From Balanoglossus misakiensis (taxonomy: Eukaryota > Animalia > Hemichordata), in the NCBI GenBank assembly GCA_040954595.2, contig CM082594.2, forward strand, positions 5,255,319 through 5,319,318: a stretch of DNA of 64,000 nt, in the 5' to 3' direction. Under the pieces are notes generated by a model. The model was given only the letters and a program-made list of their open reading frames with translations, was not told the DNA's origin and made no database searches. A program made the translations under genes and the position numbers. Positions 1 through 12,603 of the stretch are shown here, piece after piece. The number at the start of each line of letters is the position of its first letter. Within the stretch, counting starts at the first letter, position 1.

Positions 1-699
1 GTAACCAAACTGCTCGTATTACTCCATCAGAACTTCGATTTCGTATACTACCACGGAGTTAGTACTCGACGTCATACAAGGATAGGTAAACCATTGCTGG
101 GCGACTCGATTATAGGATTAAACCGATCATGCCGTCCCCATTAATCAATCGCAAAATATCGCACTGTGCAGTTACATTATTATTAATTGCGGTCCTGTGT
201 CGTCGGTTCATTAAGCATATAGGGCTAATTTCTGTAATCTGGTGAACGGGTACACTGCCAATATGAAATTCAGTCCTTCGAACCGTCGATTTCGTTGTCA
301 AAACCTCGGAATCCGAAACATAACCTTAAAATGAGTTAGATTAGAAAATGTAGGAAAATTTATTCTCTGAGTCTTGTGTGAAAGTGTCTCTGTATTAGAG
401 AACACCGTTGATATTATTCATCGGTAACTTCATCATCGCCAAATGATCAAATAATTAAATTTACAAAAAAAAAAAAACACGAACAAATATTAGGGATTTT
501 CTGAAATTTAATGGGGGGGGGGGGTAATATACTTGGCAGCTAATGTTCATTTTTTTAAAATGTAGATGTAGAATGAATGCGTGCCAAATCCAAATTTGAA
601 ACCCGCTGTCCTAAGCCTGTTGATTTCTGTCTATGTTTTGAGGTAACTGCTGTTACACCACTTATCAACACAACGCATTAACCGTCGTAATATTACACG

Positions 700-755
700 G
701 TGACGTAATGAAATGTACATAAGGCCAGCGTCAAAAATAAGTATCCATATAATAC
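700..755 (+). promoter_or_regulatory. Candidate promoter A of PAR-bZIP gene (CRE/PAR hybrid site plus TATA-like box)
   Basis: GTGACGTAAT at 700-709 and TATAAT at 748-753, followed by a CpG-rich leader-like sequence ending at donor CACGG|GTATGT (1339/1340). Confidence 0.4.
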
Positions 756-1308
756 CGAAGCAAATGTGACGAGGCGAGAGGGTGATTGTGTTTCTTTCCG
801 CGGGCTTCGTTCGGGGACTGTGGGCTTACAAGTCGCCATGATGAAGGACACCGCCATTGTTTCGGCAACTCGGGGGACGAGTCGACTTTGTATTCAGCAT
901 CGGCGTACTTCTAAGACACACCTGAGACCGGATTTACAATAATCTCCGTTTCTCTTTTTTTGCCATCTCGGTGACATGGAAGTTTTTCATTTGTTGTCCT
1001 CCTTTGCGTCTCATTTTGACATTTCCAAGATTGGAGGACTTCCGTGTGTCCAGTATGATGTATACCAAATCTCGGTGTACCGAGCTTTCCATTTGAACTT
1101 CACAGACAGTGTGGATTTCAATATTTGGTGCTTCAATACGACGCTGACAGAGATTTACATTGCGCTTTCTCGTTTAATACTGAGGAGTTTGGTGATGAGA
1201 AAAATGCGCAACTTGAATCTGCGGTTGTGAATTTGTGGTTTTCACCGCAGAGAATAAATCTCGGCGCTGCACCAACAGAAACGACTTCCGTCCCATTCAC
1301 GTCTGTGT

Positions 1309-1339
1309 ATGGGACAAGATACCAATGCCTTCGTCACGG
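1309..1339 (+). CDS. PAR-bZIP transcription factor, candidate alternative first coding exon A (MGQDTNAFVT)
   Basis: ATG at 1309 (tgtATGG), open to donor G|GTATGT in phase 1, which matches the phase-1 acceptor at 10265; gives a 272-aa spliced ORF. Confidence 0.45.
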
Positions 1340-1939
1340 GTATGTACATGTAGGCCTGCAGAATTCATGGACATTGACGCATCTATCTTGTCAACACCTC
1401 TCTCTTAGACTACCCATCAGCAGATCATCAATACACACCTAGACAATAACCGGCACTATCTCTCGTGGATCCGGTCAGTTTTAGCCATTGTTTCAAAATG
1501 AAAGGCGAGAATGCCCAGCAGCTAATCTGACAACGGTCAGAGGATTCTCCTGCCCGGACATGCTCTTTGCACCGACATGCACGCTTCCTGGGTCTCGGGG
1601 GCCAGGATTCGCCCGGAACTCCATTGTTTTGATTAAAAAACAACCCCCGCATTGTGGGAAAAAGCGCTGCAGAATCGCTGCTGCATCGCTTTTTTTTTGC
1701 ATCGCCCCGACACCCCGTGCAATGTCGCTGGGGATCCGCGAGTTTATGAGGCGATCCAACCGCGGCAATAGAGTCGTATAATTTTCGATAGCAACGACGG
1801 CGCGCATACGGTGTGGCATGTATAGCAACGATAGCGGGGAGCTCCGCCGGTTGTGCAACGACACGTAACACATTCTATGCCTGTCAATCAAAGACGCCAT
1901 TGTGAAGTAGGTGGGACAAAGCAGCACTGTCCTTACTGT

Positions 1940-2040
1940 CATTGGCTTACCGCATCGGTTACGTAAGCGTCACACTGTACGTCACACGATCTACATGTGA
2001 ACACTGTGTACACATCGTATTATGCAAATTACGTGGCCGG
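1940..2040 (+). promoter_or_regulatory. Candidate promoter B of PAR-bZIP gene with D-box/PAR sites
   Basis: Reverse CCAAT (ATTGG 1941-1945), perfect TTACGTAA 1959-1966, TTATGCAA 2020-2027, directly upstream of exon 1B. Confidence 0.45.
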
Positions 2041-2124
2041 GCTCGTAATAAATGTTAATTAGTATTGGATGGACTACTTCTAAGCGTGAAAATAGTCTAA
2101 AACAGCTTTTTTTCACTAAGAAAC

Positions 2125-2224
2125 ATGGCTGAAGACAAACTGTATGACTTCCAGCCATTCGACGACTCGATCGACAAGCAGAAGATACCACCTATCAGTA
2201 CTTTCGCCAAGCCAACAGGTTATG
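2125..2224 (+). CDS. PAR-bZIP transcription factor, alternative first coding exon B (MAEDKLYDFQPFDDSIDKQKIPPISTFAKPTGY)
   Basis: Good Kozak AAACATGG, 33 codons + 1 nt ending at consensus donor G|GTAAGT (phase 1), compatible with downstream exons; gives a 295-aa spliced ORF. Confidence 0.65.
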
Positions 2225-4225
2225 GTAAGTAATCGTCTTTGGCTCTGACCAAGATACATGATATACGCTGTCCACTACCACCACGCCCTGTGGACATTAT
2301 GGCCATGTTTATTCTGCAGGAAAACCACGGCAGACATATTGGTAACGCGAAAAATCCAGCCACTTTTCCTCCGATTCCCCGCCAGTCCACCGTTTTTAGG
2401 GTACTCCTATCCTGGTTAATGTATTTGTGTCCGTCCCCGCCGGTTGTTGTGCGTTTATCGCGTCCGCTTGTTTGAGTACTAGGGCTGAATTTCCAACGAC
2501 CAGATCGTGCGCAGGATTAGGTATTCAAATAGTCGAGCCGAGCGGTCAATCCGTCCGTTCGTTCCAGAAAAAAACGCCGAAGTCTCGCAAGGAACTCGGT
2601 CCCCACTTCCGCACATGTATATAACAACAACTAAATGCCTACCGCAAGGTGATTTTTTACTTATTACAAAATATTACGTAATTTACCAACATAACCGATT
2701 TTAAGGTTACGTATGCTAAATAGAAGGGAAAGCTAAGGAGTTGACGACGCCGCATGGCTTCCTTTCCTCCAAACATAAATCGCCTTTCTCGGTTTCATTC
2801 GATTTTTGAAAAAAACATCACTTGGCATCTTTAAAGGAACCTCGGTTACATTTCTATTAACCGATCCATTTTTGCCTTGGATGCTACTTTCCTTGTCGGG
2901 CTGAAGCACAATCGCTTTCGGCAATAATACTGGCTGCGCAAGTCGAAAGACGCTGGGGCCAACATTGACGCTAGCTGTGTGTGAACCACGTCAATAAACT
3001 ATCGGTCATTCCCCCGTCCATGACACGCTTAATGCGTCTAGATATCTACTCTTGATTTGACCATCATATACCAGGGCGTTGTCTATTTTCCTTTTCCCCA
3101 AACGCGCTTGTGTGGGGGATCCTCTCCCTCCCTCCCCCGACATATCGGTGAAAGCAGCCGCGGGAAATGACAATCGACCATTTGGCTTGGCGATCGATAT
3201 CATGAATATTCATCATACACGGGGCATTGAAATGCAATTAAGCCGACATCATATTTCTATCTCCGTGGTGGTGCCACCGATGATCCGGTGCGAGTTTGTC
3301 ATCTGTGGAAACGCACAAACCATACGGTTTGTTCAGGCGTCATACGGATCTCTAGGGGCACCGTTTTCTATTGTAGAACGCGGTTTGTTTTTCGACTTGG
3401 CTTCGTTGTGGTCGGTGGAGAAGTACCCCCATGTCCACCACCGCAGTTCTATTTAATTTCGGTCTCCAAGTTAATTGTTTACTATTGGTGCTGTGTAGCG
3501 AAGCCCTCTCACAATGCATTTATTGATAAAAGACGGGCAGAAGGTCATCTTAGCGATGGACCTTTGACCCCCTCCATATTCGCTTTTCGTGGTATGGAGA
3601 AAACACATATGTAAAACACATATGTTTTCGTCAGTTACGATTAAAATATCCAAATAACGCTCCTACAGTCAACGTATTATTCACTCTAAATGTAAAATCA
3701 CCACATGATATTTTTCTTCGCGTTAAATGTAAATGAGATACGGTGCTAGATTTTCTTGAAATCATCTTCTCGCTACGCCATATCGCAATATCTGCACACC
3801 ATACTGGATCACCAACATTGAACAGGCTATAAATAAAAGCTCATGTATTTGAATTGCCCGCAAGTCTGTCATAACGTTGCATCACGCGCCACGCAATGCC
3901 TGTTGCGTAGTTGTCGTGTGTAACAGTCACAATCGCTGGCAAAAGCAATCGTTAGGATAACAGCCAAACATTGTTACATGTATACGCTTACGAGAAACGG
4001 TCGCAATAATAAAACTGATACAATGTATGATGTAATGGCGAGAGGTGTTCTGCTATCTGATTTTAAACGCCCATTTATCCAAACGCTGTAACATGACACC
4101 ACCCCCTTTTAATCAATGGTGCTGCAGCCGCTGAATCCTGACCCGTATCTTTCACTGTTTTTCGACCCAATGAATTACAAATCGCCTTAATTGAATGATA
4201 CATGTACACCAACAGAAATATGTAG

Positions 4226-4351
4226 ATGTATGTATGTATGTATGTATGTATGTATGTATGTATGTATGTATGTATGTATGTATGTATGTATGTATGTATG
4301 TATGTATGTATGTATGTATGTATGTATGTATGTATGTATGTATGTATGTAT
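4226..4351. repeat. (TATG)n microsatellite
   Basis: About 31 perfect TATG units. Confidence 0.98.
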
Positions 4352-7300
4352 TCCCCATCTGTTGATGACTATTGCTATGCAAATTGTCAGGTGACGATTT
4401 ATGCCAGTGTTCCCTAATTTCGCTTCCTGTCATCGCGTCACAAGTCAGAACTTGAAAGTTTAAAATGTGGTTGCTATTTGGTGCAAAGACCTCATCTCGC
4501 CTGTCTTTTTCATTCAATCAGAGAGTGTTGGTAAATTCTCCAACCGCGAATGTTATGTCGTACAGGTGTGGATGTCACGTGAAAAGTGACCGCCCCCTCC
4601 CCACTCTACCCCGCAACTTTTGACACAATCGGTTTACTCGCCCGGTGTTCTACAGCACAGAACACCACGCACTGTTGTGATCCACGCGCTTTCAATAGCT
4701 GCATCTTTTCACGTGGTTTGTTGTCGACAAAAGGCGTGAAAGCCAAGGCTGTTTCACGGTGTTGTGCTCGCCAAGAAATGCCTCCGTGCTCGATCTGCTA
4801 ACCTCTCAACAAAACAGACGAATCGGAATAATTGCAGTGTAGCATGTACTACTAGTAGTCATATGCGGGGGGAAGCCCAATGTACAGCGGTTTCAATTAC
4901 AGGCACCAAAGCACAGTAATTAAACGGTTAACCTGTCTTTCTCGTGTTTATTAATGTGTGGTGTACATGTACATGTTAGTAGGTCAGAAACAATCTTGTG
5001 AAAATACCAGGGTCGTTAAAATTGAAATGCCCTGGTTTACTGACACGTGACCGATCTTGTTATCAACACTTACGCATGTACGCAGTTCACACTATGATTG
5101 CTAAAATATAAATTTTAAAAGAAGCGAAATGTTTGAAGAAAAATACAATATAAACTTAGAATATAATATGTAACTTGTATATAGACTTGGAGGGCTTATA
5201 CCATGCGATACCTTGTTCAGTATGTAAACGTATAGAGTGCTAATACAGCGCCTAGCCTCTGTCTATGATTAAAACTTATGGGAAGTGGTCTGGGGATTAT
5301 AGTTGTTATAATATGCCCGTTAACGCGGTCGTCTGCAAGCACAATTATGTCACGGTCAAAACCGCCGGTCGCCTCGCAACGGGCATAAGCCGAGAGTTAG
5401 CATTGATTGGACTTGAAGTATTATTATTATTATCATTGCCCTGAAAAAAAAAAGTGTGAGGCGGTGGCTTGTATTTCGCACTTTAATTATAATGGAAAAA
5501 TGTGCCGTTTGCAGGGATTGTGGGCGAGAGTGGGGGCCGTGATAATGACCTTTAATCATGCCAGCCCGGGGAGCTAGTTAAAACCGCGAGACGATCAACT
5601 TCTAATATTCACGCGCACGTCAGAACGGCACAGGCGTTGCTAATATGAAAAATTTGTCAAACGTTTGACAGCCTTCGCCAGATTAATTTGACCACTTAGC
5701 GGGCGGTAACATGCCGTGGTCCGAATTTCCCACACCCCGTGTATAAATGTAGATCTCGTGCTAAGGAAGCTAATTGCCATTATATTGTATACGCGAATGA
5801 CCCACCATATATATGTACTTCGAAATCCTGGAAACATGTAAAAGTCGTTTTTCCGTCGACATGCCCGCAGCAAGACTTCGTCACAGTTATTTTTCGAAGT
5901 CAGACATATTCATAACAAAAACAGAAATATTCTTACCCGATTCAGGATACTTTTGAAAATATATTACTACTGTAAATAAGAAAATACAAATCGTCTGAAA
6001 AACAGCGCACCAGATTTCGGACTGTGAAATTTTCATTCCAATTAAGGATTGCCCTTTGTAGGGAATGGATATTGCGACCTTGGTGGTGTCGTGATATTCA
6101 TATTTTTATGGGTTATAATTATAATGTTATAAACGAGTGCAGACATGAGATAGTTATAATATTACAGTTATGAGATATTACCGAACGATGCTACATATTA
6201 TGTGGTACACTATAGCCGTTATCATGTTTTGCTTCCGATTGTGACGGAAGCCCGTTAGGTACGAGTTGCAGTCTCGTGGTCCCCTCGCAGCAACTGTAAA
6301 ATGGTATATCTCGGTAACGAAGTGAAAATGTTTAGCACTCAAGGGACGCAAGAACTTCTTAACCGTGGACAAGGGACTGACAGGAGATATCCCTTCTATC
6401 GCGGTTTTCGCCCGCGTCCTACGGGAACGCGTGTCACGTACTGGTAAAAATACCCACTGTAAAGCCAGTTCGGTAATTGTTTTAGCAGGTGTTATATTCA
6501 GCCTCTGGGTGCAGTGAGTTTCGGCTTATCGCGCGAACTAATGTTTATAAATTAATGCTGCACTTTCACAGCATAACACCGACGGAGCAAAATAGCCAAA
6601 GTCATGTTCTTGGCGACTTTAGCAAGAAAATTGGCCGTCAATGACAGGTTTCATATTGCTGTTAAAATTTAATTGTTGCGTATTGTTGGCACGCATCAAT
6701 TATTCAAAAAATGTGCAGGTCAGTTCGCTAATCCATTGTTTGCCGGTAATTGTTTTAGCCAATTTACCATCAAAATTATGGCCCGAGTTGCAGGCAATTC
6801 CGAGTGACAATACACGAAGCCGGTCGTTTTAAACCCGTATGCTTTATGCCACGCAGGGTTGTGTATCGGGATTAGCTCGTGGAACTGACGCGAATTCAGT
6901 TCGGCCGAAGTTTGTTGCTGAAAATTAAAGAAGAAAATTCGCAAATCATATTACAGTTCATCTGGTTGAATTATGGATTAAACACCTCGCGAATTCGTTG
7001 TTGGCAATGTATGCATAACGACCATAACGACTGTCCGGCAGCCATGATACCGTGACACACACACACAGACACACCGCCCTAATACTGCCCGAAAGGTGTG
7101 CGATCGATTTTGCGGTTTTTAATACGCACGTGTTTATTTGATTCCAGTGGTTTAACCGTTTACTTTTATAATCCGGTAAAGGCATCATCAGATTGAAACT
7201 GATAATACCACTGTCAGTACCGCCGCGGTGGTATACCCGAGATTGAACTTGATGTGCGTAATTGGAGGGGGTCTCCTTCAATCTGCTCAAAACCCGGAGA

Positions 7301-10264
7301 CAAAGAAAATATATCCGTGGCAAAATATTGTTAGACGCGAATCGCCATACTGTGAAAAGTCGTGCCTGATATAAGGCGTAGATTTTACTGTGTAATTCTC
7401 TGTGCATGTTTATGACCGCTGGGGTACTCGTTGACCTCTTGACCTCGCCAAAAAACAATAGGGATGGAATAATCCATTCAAAATGGACGTTGAAATTGTC
7501 TCGAAGGGGCAGCATCGTACTCGTTTAGTGACTTGACGCTCGTGTATATTAATGCATTTTATCCATTTGTACAGTTATTTTGCTTATAGGCAAGATCTGA
7601 AATAAACTCGTCTTGACTTTGAAATTTTTCACAATATTTTAAAGTAAATGCAGCTTCCTTGTATAGGTGAAACGTGTAGTTGTTAATGTGCTAATGTGAC
7701 GACTTCTGCGGGTAATAGGCAGGCGAAATATATAACGCGGAACTTTGAGAACCTTTGTTAATATTTTTTTTACATAATTTCCGTTGCTAAACCGGAATTT
7801 CATCAACTCGTATTTTTTATCATAAGATGTCCAGTCGGTCAGCGAGACTGTCTTCCACGCGTTTATTCTGGCATCCGGCCAGTGTGTACAGGAACAAAAA
7901 AAATCAAAAACATTTTAGATTTGAAATGCAAATGAGTGCCACGTAGAAAATATGGCTAATTTGTCGAGTGAAAGAAGCAAACTGCCCCTCAGGCCGCAAG
8001 AGCGCACGGTCCGAGCCCCTGCACTATTTAACAATAGGCGCGATGTGGTATCGTCTGCTCGCCCTTTTGATAAGTGCTTTATATCATGTTGGCTCCTTTG
8101 TGTTAGCGAGTCGGGGAGCAAACGGTCTCTCCACGGTCGATGCTTTTCAGTTTTGTTTGGTCACACTGTCCGTAAAGGGACCAGGGTGGCGGGCACCAAA
8201 CTCTCCATTGTGGGCCAGAATGAATGAACTATACGCCATATGCGATTAGGTCGATAACCACTTTGTATCCGCGAGCAGAAGTCCGAAAAACGGTTTCACG
8301 TATCGGTGATCATCGGACTTAATATACGAAGCCTGTTGTCCGATCTTTCCGTAAATTTGCCAAAAACCGTAAAAGTCGAATGATCTGACTAGGTTGCCAG
8401 AATAGGCTTACACAAAGAATTCTCTTGATATACTAGTAGCTCCGGATTTTAGGTAAATGGCGAAATAATATGAAAATAACGCAATCAAACCGCGTGTAAG
8501 TTAGATCTGGAAATTTTCATGCCAAAATATATGATATAATGTGCCTGAAATATTTTATTTCGTTTGCACGGCTGGCGTATATTTTCCCCGCTGTGTATTT
8601 GAGTGGAAATGCCCGCATCTATTCGCAGTGACAAACATATGTAGCAACTGCCACATTTGACCGAAATCAAAGATTGATAAATCACAAGGGAACAGCTGCC
8701 AAATACAAAGCACTTGATAGAATTCTCGGAGGACAGCCCCGGCTCGTCAAATGACCACAACACCGCCGGCGAAAAATGCACAATCTGCGCGGTGCTTGTG
8801 GTCAGTGGCAGAATCTTTAGGTGCCGCGGTGCCCATGATTATCCACTAAACGCAAACGAAAAGTGGTGTTTCTTTTCAGTAGAAACGAGAGCCGATTTTC
8901 ACACCAGATTCCTGACAAATTTAATATAATTCGTTCCCTGGAGGATATGGCGCATCAGCGAGTTGAACGTCACTTGTGTTCGTCTTTCTGTGTGCATTGT
9001 GACCACTGTATTCATGGGAACACAATTAGGGCCTGCAAGTAATTGAGAACGGGCTTATACATTTGCAAAAGGTGAAGTCTTGAACCAATCTGACCTAGTG
9101 CGTGGCAACAAACAGTGAGAAAGAGTAGGGGGGGGGGGAGCCTGATACATTATAGCGGCTCAAATTTGGAAGGCGGCAGGTAAACACTTAGCCTATACAA
9201 AAGGCAGGGTAGATACGGAGTAGATGCGCATGCGCTGTATTCAGCGTAATGACGCATCTCAACGCATTTACAACTCCTACTTTTTGACCAAGATCATGAA
9301 GATAGCATCCTCCTAAAAGGCAAACATCACAGTGGCATTACACGCCAAATCAAGCTAGACCATGTCAAGGCTAATAATTGCATCAATGCGTTGCCAGATT
9401 GTGATGTATTCGTTGATCGAACTGGCCCATGTACAATTTGTGACTGACGCACACGGCTGCTTTCTTGCCTGGCGGTGTAATATCTACTGGGGATCTTTAT
9501 GCATCACCCGCTTCCCTTTTACCCCTGGCCACGCTTCCTGTCTCATTCCACGAAAGGAAATAGACCTATATTTAGGCAGATGGGCTTATCGCCCGCGCCA
9601 GAAACAAGGAAGAGAATGGTACCAACGATTGGTTCAATTTGCCACGTTCTGTTTGCAAAAGTCTTGTTACCACCATTTGCAACAGGCATTATGTTGTCTG
9701 TGGTTGCACGTGTTTCAGTTGCACGCCCGAATTGAAGTTATTTTCGCGGGGTAATGGTGTGGTGATAAAGTCTAATATAATGTCGCTATGACATTTTACT
9801 ATCCAGTAGTTGATATAAAACCGAGTTTTTGATATGCATCATGGATAGAATCCAATATCAGAATAATAAACTCGGTGCTAAATTGCATGGTCACTAAAAA
9901 CCCAGATCATCTTATCAATACATCTACACGAAAGAATACTAACACGCTGGCACCGTGCATGAGTTATGAATGCTAAATACACAGTGGAAGTTAATTATTT
10001 TACCGCGTCACGTTTACAATAGATGTGGTTTCTTGCACGGTATCCGAACCGCGTTTCTTTGGAAACCTGCATCCCTGGATCTCTTTAGGTAGTACGCATG
10101 CGCACCGTTCATTGCAAAAAAAGTGACCACTTCGCATAACCTGCACGGGGTTGCTCATTGATTTCGATCAGGAATGCTTTCTTTTCAGTTATTAACCGCC
10201 TTTGTGGAGGGCTCAGGTGTTTGGTAATAAATGGCGAAAGTAACATGTGTGTATTTTATCATAG

Positions 10265-10357
10265 AAAATGGCCCAACACAGGCGGACACATCATTGGACA
10301 TGTTGCCAGTCTCATCTGGGTACTACCCTGTGCAGTCCCAAAGACTTTTCTACAAAA
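10265..10357 (+). CDS. PAR-bZIP transcription factor, internal exon 2
   Basis: Acceptor TTTTATCATAG|, donor A|GTAAGA, 93 nt phase 1-1, encodes NGPTQADTSLDMLPVSSGYYPVQSQRLFYK in frame. Confidence 0.6.
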
Positions 10358-10643
10358 GTAAGAGTGTTTTCCTTCACTATGAGGCGAACATCCGAACCAT
10401 CTACACCCTTCTTGTCGTTTCCAAAAAATTCCTGCATGCCAGGTCAAATCTGTCTTAAAACACTGGCAAGTTTCGACTCAGTACATTCAACATTGAAACG
10501 GCGGGAAAAAAAACTGTCGGTGGTTCGGAAAAGTGTCTCAGCGATAGTGGTATAGGTAATAGGGGCTAAACGTAAAAGGTGATATCCGTAAATGTAACGT
10601 CTGTCCTCCATCTCTCTCTACCATTTTTTTGTATTTACATTAG

Positions 10644-10865
10644 ACGGCGGGTACACTCAGCCACCGAACCCGGCAGCCTTTTACGTGGTTGCGGCAGGGG
10701 GTAACCAGTCGTTTGTCTATCCTGCAACGTCGAACTCATCCAGTGTACCGGCAACATCCCAGGGTAATGCACCTCATCCAAGTAATATGGTTTCATCCAT
10801 GCTTAGCAACCCTGGCAGTGGTTTGGAGACGCCCATGTCCGGCACTCTGCCACCAACCCCTCCGG
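10644..10865 (+). CDS. PAR-bZIP transcription factor, exon 3 (Pro/Ser-rich)
   Basis: Polypyrimidine acceptor ...TTTACATTAG|, donor CCG G|GTATGA, 222 nt phase 1-1, GGYTQPPNPAAFYVV...TLPPTPP. Confidence 0.8.
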
Positions 10866-11153
10866 GTATGACTTTATCAACCAGATTCCACAAAACTTTT
10901 ATTTGCGTTTTGATATATATATATTTGTCGTCCAAAACACACTCAATCCAAGTTCTCTTAATGAAATCTCGACGCTTAAAAAGCATACGATCACCCGTTC
11001 AAAATTTACTGGAGCCAAAATTATCATGGGAAGTTGCGGTCTAGATTTTCACATATTTTCACTTTTGGTGGCCACGCGAATAAAGCGCGCCACCAGAAGA
11101 CTTTTCAACCATATGTAAATAGGTGATTGTATTCTTTTAAGCTGTATTCCATG

Positions 11154-11257
11154 TAGCTGTGAAAACCCAGCTGTTCCGTCAGGGGGAGGATATGCTAATT
11201 ACACGGGGTAATTAGCATATCCTTCTCCTTGACGGAATAGCTGCGTTTCCACAGCTA
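11154..11257. mobile_element. Palindromic MITE (TAG...CTA termini) with 9-bp target site duplication
   Basis: Arms TAGCTGTGAAAACCCAGCTGTTCCGTCAGGGGGAGGATATGCTAATTA / TAATTAGCATATCCTTCTCCTTGACGGAATAGCTGCGTTTCCACAGCTA are near-perfect reverse complements; TATTCCATG flanks both sides (11145-11153, 11258-11266). Confidence 0.85.
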
Positions 11258-12385
11258 TATTCCATGTACATGTAGCTGTCATGTTTCGAGTTTTCCTTCT
11301 TGAAGCCTGTTCTGTCTAATATCAGTCAATACAGCATCGCCGAAGTTGCTGCAATTTTGTCAATCTGCCTTGTACATATGTGCAACTGTTGGTTTTCTGA
11401 TTTTATTAACAGAACAGGAAACGAGGAGAAAACTCGAGACATGTACAGGCCCAGCTCATCCTCATCTGTTTCTAACACTCACCACTTGTATTTCTTTTTC
11501 CCATCTTCTGTCCCCACTCCCCACCCTTTTGTTGTTTATTCACTTTCTCTCTAACTCTCGCGGGGGACAGAATAAAAGAGTTCGTTTTGTCGATGTGTTT
11601 ATTTGAATGATAATCGGTCACACCACCATAATACTGAAACCCCTTTCATCATTGTCACTATCTTCAGACGCCAATCTCGAAAAGAGTATACCCCCATAGA
11701 CTAGTAGTACATTCTTTGTTAAACAGTCCGTCTTCGTATTTAAAAAAGCCTGCACTTCTGAATGATGATTCACACGTGCATGACTAGTCGATTCTAACCT
11801 ACTTTTGCTTCATCGCTCAAGGTCGATCGCCGTGTGCCGTATTTTTTTCATTTTTTTCCGAATGACGGGGGGACTGGCCACTTTCATTGTTACTCGGTCA
11901 AGTAGGCAGACGACAGATTACATCAACATTCAATTTTTGGCCAGCGCCACCGTTGCAGTGTGTGGCTCTAATTGATTTTGCGGCTTCGGGGCTGGGTGTT
12001 AAATTTCATCTTTCCACCACGCAATATTTGGTTAGTGATACACACACAAAAATGTGGCGTCACCCAGTTTGGAAGATTTCATTGTATTAGTTTCGACAGA
12101 GATGCTTTCGTCTGGTCCACTCGTTTTGCCGTTTTCTGAACAAACCTATGCATGGACATCTCTTTGAACGGAGAAACCAAGATAATACCCCCCCCCCCCC
12201 CCAAATTTAACAAGCTACTTCGCTGATTACTTTGACAGAACACTTGGCTTAAACTGCCTCGCTTCATTACAAACATGACATTGGTAATTCAAAACAGCCG
12301 CTGGCAATCGGGCAGTCATTAGAACACGCATTTTTCATGCTATTGCATGCGCATAAAAAAGTATCGAGGCCGCATCTGTCATCAC

Positions 12386-12603
12386 TAAGGGAAGAGCCAT
12401 TTGATTTCTACGGGAGGGGGGGGGGGATTAGAGTATGTCAGCAATTTTTATAGCTACTGCCACAGCAATAGTTTTTCGATCACCAGTCCACATTTTTTCT
12501 CAAGGCATTGCAAAAGAAATTTGTTTTCTCGGTACGTTCTGCCAACAAATATTTTTTCTCCAAAAGTCCCCCCCCCCCCAGAAATCCAACAGCTCTCCCC
12601 TAA
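12386..12603. mobile_element. Degenerate MITE-like element with terminal inverted repeats
   Basis: TAAGGGAAGAGCCATTTGATTTCT..poly-G at left mirrors poly-C..AGAAATCCAACAGCTCTCCCCTAA at right; similar end fragments near 490-525, 25705-25740 and 30050-30085. Confidence 0.55.

Noticed and set aside
110-325. Minus-strand ORF preceded by an acceptor-like CATTTTAAG (possible terminal exon of a divergent gene)
   Set aside because: No recognisable domain and no upstream partner exon identified.
1059-1442. ORF with a segment (HCAFSF...AQLESAVVNLWF) superficially like a TGF-beta prodomain
   Set aside because: No ATG or acceptor in frame, wrong phase for the downstream exon; resemblance likely chance.
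4152-4517. ORFs with MYVC/HTYI repeats
   Set aside because: Translations of the (TATG)n microsatellite.
11413-11606. Possible alternative terminal exon of the bZIP gene (acceptor TTAACAG|, phase 1) giving a bZIP-less isoform
   Set aside because: AATAAA at 11571 precedes the stop and the peptide looks like low-complexity intron sequence; no supporting evidence.
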